NCBI GenBank assembly: GCA_021295715.1
Contig: JAGWBV010000003.1
Span: 203,043 to 267,042 of the forward strand
Source: Candidatus Poribacteria bacterium
Lineage (GTDB): Bacteria; Poribacteria; WGA-4E; WGA-3G
DNA: 64,000 nucleotides
Direction: 5' to 3'
Position 1 is the first letter of the stretch, and every line of letters starts with the position of its first letter. The notes under the pieces were generated by a model. It was not told where the DNA came from, made no database searches, and worked only from the letters and a program-made list of their open reading frames with translations. The position numbers were made by a program, and so were the translations under genes. Of this stretch, positions 60,147 through 64,000 are shown in pieces.

Positions 60147-61439
60147 ATGAAGACCTTTGCTATCTTTCTATTTTGCGGTGCGTTGTTGTTCTCAGGCTGT
60201 GGAATCCTCACTACCAAGCCGATTCAAACTGAACCACCGATACCCTCTGTAGACCCGATTGAAAGACTACAGACCGATATTGATGCCGTTTTGCAAGAAG
60301 AGTTGTTCACGAATGCAAGTATCGGTATCAAAGTGGTTACTGTTGAAACAGGGGAGGTGATTTACGAAAAAAATTCCCATAAGTTACACCATCCCGCCTC
60401 TACAACAAAACTCTTCACAGCAGCGACTGCCTTAGCGAAATTGGGGTCGGACTATCAATGTGAGACCACACTCTATGCTGATGCCATTGTGAGGGGTGAA
60501 GTCTTAGGGAATATCTATCTAAAAGGTAGAGCTGATCCGGTGCTCCAACCCCAAGACATTGCCAAATTAGGTGATGCCTTGCTGCAAGCGGGTGTGAAGT
60601 CAATACAGGGGAACATCGTTGTCGATGAAACATATCTTGATGCCATTTGGGAGGGTCCAGGGTGGATGTGGGACGATAGACCGCTGTGGATCAACGCGTT
60701 GAGTATCCGAGAAGTCGAACCTGATGCAAGCAAAATGAGTAGGGCACTCGCCTGCGGACACCTCTTGAAAACGACGTTGATGGAAAAAGGCGTTAACGTC
60801 ATAGGTAATGTAGTGTCAGGAACAGTCTCGTCAGAGGCACACACTGTTGCCAAGCACCTATCACCGCCACTTGCTGACATCCTCAAGTTAATGAACAAAC
60901 CGAGTGACAATTGGACTGCCGAACTGGTTTTCAAAACAATTGGTGCTGAGGTAATGGGTGAACCGGGGACGTGGAAAAAGGGTAGAGACGTTGTTGCTGG
61001 GTTTTTAGCAGAAATCATGGACGAACCGCCGATGCATCGGTTCGTTGACGGATCTGGACTTTCTCGTTACAACCTCCTCAACGCCGAATTACTCACGAAG
61101 TTGCTCGTCTATATGTATCACAATTTTGAGGTGATGCCGGAGTTTTTGGCATCGCTTCCGATTGCGGGTGTCGATGGCACCCTGAAAAATAGGATGCAAG
61201 GTATGTCTGCTGAGAAGGTATTGCGTGCGAAAACGGGGACGTTGAGTGGTGTTTCTGCACTCGCTGGCTATACTGTGACAGCAGACGATGAGGTGTTTGC
61301 GTTCGGGATCCTCATCAGTCATTATGTTGGTCCAGCAAGATTGGCGCGAAGTATCCAAGATAAGATTGGGAATTATTTGACAGGGTTTAATCGCCATCCG
61401 GTGAGTAACGTTAGCAGTAAACCCTCCCAAGACGAATAG
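60147..61439 (+). CDS. dacB: D-alanyl-D-alanine carboxypeptidase/endopeptidase (PBP4, peptidase S13), lipoprotein
   Basis: FSGC lipobox; PASTTK, SDN, DGSGLSR, AKTGTL motifs. Confidence 0.9.
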   Translation: MKTFAIFLFCGALLFSGCGILTTKPIQTEPPIPSVDPIERLQTDIDAVLQEELFTNASIGIKVVTVETGEVIYEKNSHKLHHPASTTKLFTAATALAKLGSDYQCETTLYADAIVRGEVLGNIYLKGRADPVLQPQDIAKLGDALLQAGVKSIQGNIVVDETYLDAIWEGPGWMWDDRPLWINALSIREVEPDASKMSRALACGHLLKTTLMEKGVNVIGNVVSGTVSSEAHTVAKHLSPPLADILKLMNKPSDNWTAELVFKTIGAEVMGEPGTWKKGRDVVAGFLAEIMDEPPMHRFVDGSGLSRYNLLNAELLTKLLVYMYHNFEVMPEFLASLPIAGVDGTLKNRMQGMSAEKVLRAKTGTLSGVSALAGYTVTADDEVFAFGILISHYVGPARLARSIQDKIGNYLTGFNRHPVSNVSSKPSQDE

Positions 61440-61476
61440 GAATAACTTGAGCATATACTTTATCAAGGCAATTCTC

Positions 61477-61505
61477 TTGCTATCTGGGTTTTCACGTGGT
61501 ATAAT
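61477..61505 (+). promoter_or_regulatory. sigma70 promoter pointing toward higB
   Basis: TTGCTA-N17-TATAAT. Confidence 0.6.
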
Positions 61506-61539
61506 ATTAGCGATTTTGAGGGACAGATCTAATAAGATA

Positions 61540-62087
61540 CTAAAGTTTGGACAATATTTCAGAACTCAAGCTGCCTTGTCAAAAGGCAGCGTCCTATCTT
61601 TTTGAACACAGGTGTTAATATTCTGCGAGTTTGTATTTTCAGGGGAACTCGTAGAAAATCCGCACGCCCGGATCTGTGCCTGTAGATAAGCGACTCGAAG
61701 CCCTTGTGTGAGTTTCTTGGGGTGATACCAATGAATACCGAGGAACTCACAGACGGTCTTGACGGTTATCGGTTTTTCCGTCGGGGGTGGCAGTGTGAAG
61801 ATGAGTTTCGTGAGACTCGCTGCAGTGAAACTCAGTTGCACGAAGCGATTGATGCTTTTTCGAGATTTCACCTGATACCCGCTGAACCCGAAGTGTTGCT
61901 TGACGTCTCGAAAGGCGGTCTCGATCTGCCACCTGTGTTGATAGTATTCAATGATCTTTGGTATCTCGAGCGTCAGGTCTGTTGTAAAGACGAGGAAATA
62001 CCGATAGGGTTTCCAACGTTTCGGTGTAATTTCACCATCGGCCGTGCCAGCGGTTCCGCTGCTGGTATTCCAAAAACATAGCAGTTT
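61540..62087 (-). mobile_element. Truncated IS (IS4/IS701-like DDE transposase C-terminal fragment with its right end)
   Basis: Minus frame reads FTTDLTL...IIEYYQHRWQIETAFRDVKQHFG to the stop at 61566; putative terminal IR CTAAAGTTTGGACAATATTT at 61540-61559. Confidence 0.75.
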
Positions 62088-62119
62088 TTAATTCAACAAA
62101 CACACTACATGGCGCTTTT

Positions 62120-62440
62120 ATGCGAATTGTTAGAGAAAATGAGTTAGCGAAATTTGCAGAGCGACATCCAAATACTCGTGCCTCCCTCAACCATTGGGCA
62201 CAATTGATGAGAGAAGGAAGTTTTGAGTCGATTATTAACTTGCGTGAAACGTTCGGACGCGTTTCACCAGTGAAGGTCCGTCCCCGAAGGTTTAATCGCA
62301 AATCGGTAACACTGACGGTTTTCAATATTAGTGGCAATGATGCCCGCCTCATTGCGGTTGTACAATACACGAAGCAGGTTGTGATTATCGATCAGGTGCT
62401 AACGCATAATGAGTATGATACAGGAAATTGGAGAAAGTAA
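62120..62440 (+). CDS. higB: HigB-family (RelE superfamily) mRNA interferase toxin
   Basis: MRIV...L..F..RHP...SL..W, VFNISGN..RLIA.V.Y, LTHNEYD...W motifs. Confidence 0.9.
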   Translation: MRIVRENELAKFAERHPNTRASLNHWAQLMREGSFESIINLRETFGRVSPVKVRPRRFNRKSVTLTVFNISGNDARLIAVVQYTKQVVIIDQVLTHNEYDTGNWRK

Positions 62441-62443
62441 ATC

Positions 62444-64000
62444 ATGTTGACTGAAAAACCTCCTATACAAAATGTATCGCCAACACCAACTTCTTTGGGA
62501 CTTAACGTCCTATTTGAGAAAACAGACATTAGTGTGTTCCTCCAAAAGCAAACAATTGCTGAATTCAGTTCTGAACATCTACAAACACTAATGTGGGAGA
62601 ACGCCCCTGAAATTCCGATGCCATCTTCCGAACCGGCGCAAGCATCAGTACAGCAACAGATTGAATCCGGTCCATACTCGGAGAGCGACTACCAATGGCT
62701 TGTGGAGATCCTTGAGGGGTTAACCGATGTAGCGAATCGGAATGCCAATAACAGTTTCACTACACTAACCGAAACTGACTACGAGCAACTTGATGCAGTG
62801 CTAAAAGAGTTAATCTATGTCGTTGGTGACGATGAAAAGCATCCCTTGGCACCATTAATGGATTTTATCGGTATCCTTATCACGAAATATGAGGACGAAC
62901 ACTTTCAAAAATTAACAGATCTGTTTCCTGAACTCACAAAAAATATAACATCAAATGACACAAAAATTGAGGATCGAAAAGAAAAATCCACGACCAAGGT
63001 CTCAGACAAATCCACAAATACTCTTGCCGCAGCGGCTTTTTTTTCTATCGGTAACCTTTTTTTGGAAGGAGATAAGAGAGAAGAAGCAATTCTCGCCTAC
63101 CATCAGTCAATTCGGCTAAAACCTAATTCTGCCGAAACCTACTACCATCGTGGCGAGGCAAAATACTTGCTTGGGAAGTATGAATCTGCAGCTGCTGACT
63201 TCGATGAAGCCATTCGGATTAACCCAACTGATCCTTATGCCTATCTTAAGCTCGCCAATGTAAAGTGCGCGCTGAGTCAATATAAGGCTGCTATTGCTGA
63301 TTTTGACAAAGTTATCCAATTGAATTCAGATGAAGTTTGTGTTTACTTTGCTTATCTGATGCGTGGTTGTATAAATAGGTTACTGGGTCAATATAAGGCT
63401 GCTATTGCTGATGCTGATGAAGCCCTTCGATTAAATTTGGATGATCCTTCCGTCTATCTTGCTTACGCCACTCGCGGTGGGGCAAGGAATGCCCTCAAAG
63501 AATATGAAGATGCTATTGGTGATTTTAACGAAGCTCTCCAGTACAATGCAGATGATGTTGCAACTTATGTTATGCGTGGGCACGCGAGAGCTGCATTAGG
63601 TCAACATAAGGCTGCTATTGCTGACTATGACGAAGTAATATGCCGCAAGTCAGATGATGCCTATGTTTACTTTAGGCGAGGACTTAGTAAGTTAATCAAA
63701 AATATGTTTGAAACTGCCATTGTTGATTTTGATGAGAGCATTCAACTCAAGGTAGACGATCCCTGTGCCTACCTTATGCGAGGAACAGCACAGTTCATAA
63801 GGAAACAATACGACGCTGCTATTGCAGATATCGACCAAGCCATTCGACTAAAACCTGATTCTGCTCTAAACCATATAGGCTTTGCCTACACTATGCGAGG
63901 AGGTATAAAATTCATGAAAGGTCAATATAAGATTGCGATGGACGACCTTGATAAAGCTATTCAGATTAAATCCGATCCTTCTCTAAACCATATAGATCTT
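62444..64000 (+). CDS. HigA-type antitoxin N-domain fused to at least 9 TPRs (runs off the window; not in the ORF track)
   Basis: Open frame from ATG 62444 to the end; TETDYEQLDAVLKELIYVVGDDEKHPLAPLMDFIGILITKYEDEH at 62768-62905; TPRs from about 63026. Confidence 0.85.
   Translation, partial: MLTEKPPIQNVSPTPTSLGLNVLFEKTDISVFLQKQTIAEFSSEHLQTLMWENAPEIPMPSSEPAQASVQQQIESGPYSESDYQWLVEILEGLTDVANRNANNSFTTLTETDYEQLDAVLKELIYVVGDDEKHPLAPLMDFIGILITKYEDEHFQKLTDLFPELTKNITSNDTKIEDRKEKSTTKVSDKSTNTLAAAAFFSIGNLFLEGDKREEAILAYHQSIRLKPNSAETYYHRGEAKYLLGKYESAAADFDEAIRINPTDPYAYLKLANVKCALSQYKAAIADFDKVIQLNSDEVCVYFAYLMRGCINRLLGQYKAAIADADEALRLNLDDPSVYLAYATRGGARNALKEYEDAIGDFNEALQYNADDVATYVMRGHARAALGQHKAAIADYDEVICRKSDDAYVYFRRGLSKLIKNMFETAIVDFDESIQLKVDDPCAYLMRGTAQFIRKQYDAAIADIDQAIRLKPDSALNHIGFAYTMRGGIKFMKGQYKIAMDDLDKAIQIKSDPSLNHIDL

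Overview
Bacterial chromosomal window of roughly 50% GC. It looks like Candidatus Poribacteria (inference from four PhyH dioxygenases, LamG proteins ending in the 'AVxxxGKLATTWxxIK' motif, ASPIC/TPR proteins, a sulfatase and many sugar-acid enzymes). It holds metabolic genes (fdhD, nagA, alaC-like, nfi, mazG, cimA, dacB), tRNA-Gln(CTG) and tRNA-Glu(CTC), and an 11-subunit nuoABCDHIJKLMN cluster with no nuoEFG, a frameshifted nuoL and an enlarged nuoI. There are two accessory loci. The first is a decaying defence-like island (39.3-45.1 kb) headed by two tandem paralogs that fuse an antitoxin-like N-terminus to an RNA polymerase alpha-CTD. The second is a higB toxin gene followed by an ORF absent from the ORF track, in which a HigA-type toxin-binding segment is fused to at least 9 TPRs instead of an HTH. 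Intergenic DNA is dominated by repeat families. The most notable is a modular GTAG-REP hairpin + fixed-length 38/39-nt hypervariable core + conserved tail that repeatedly abuts start or stop codons. A candidate ECF-sigma-driven structured ncRNA lies at about 9.47-9.64 kb. All family assignments come from reading motifs by eye; no searches were run.
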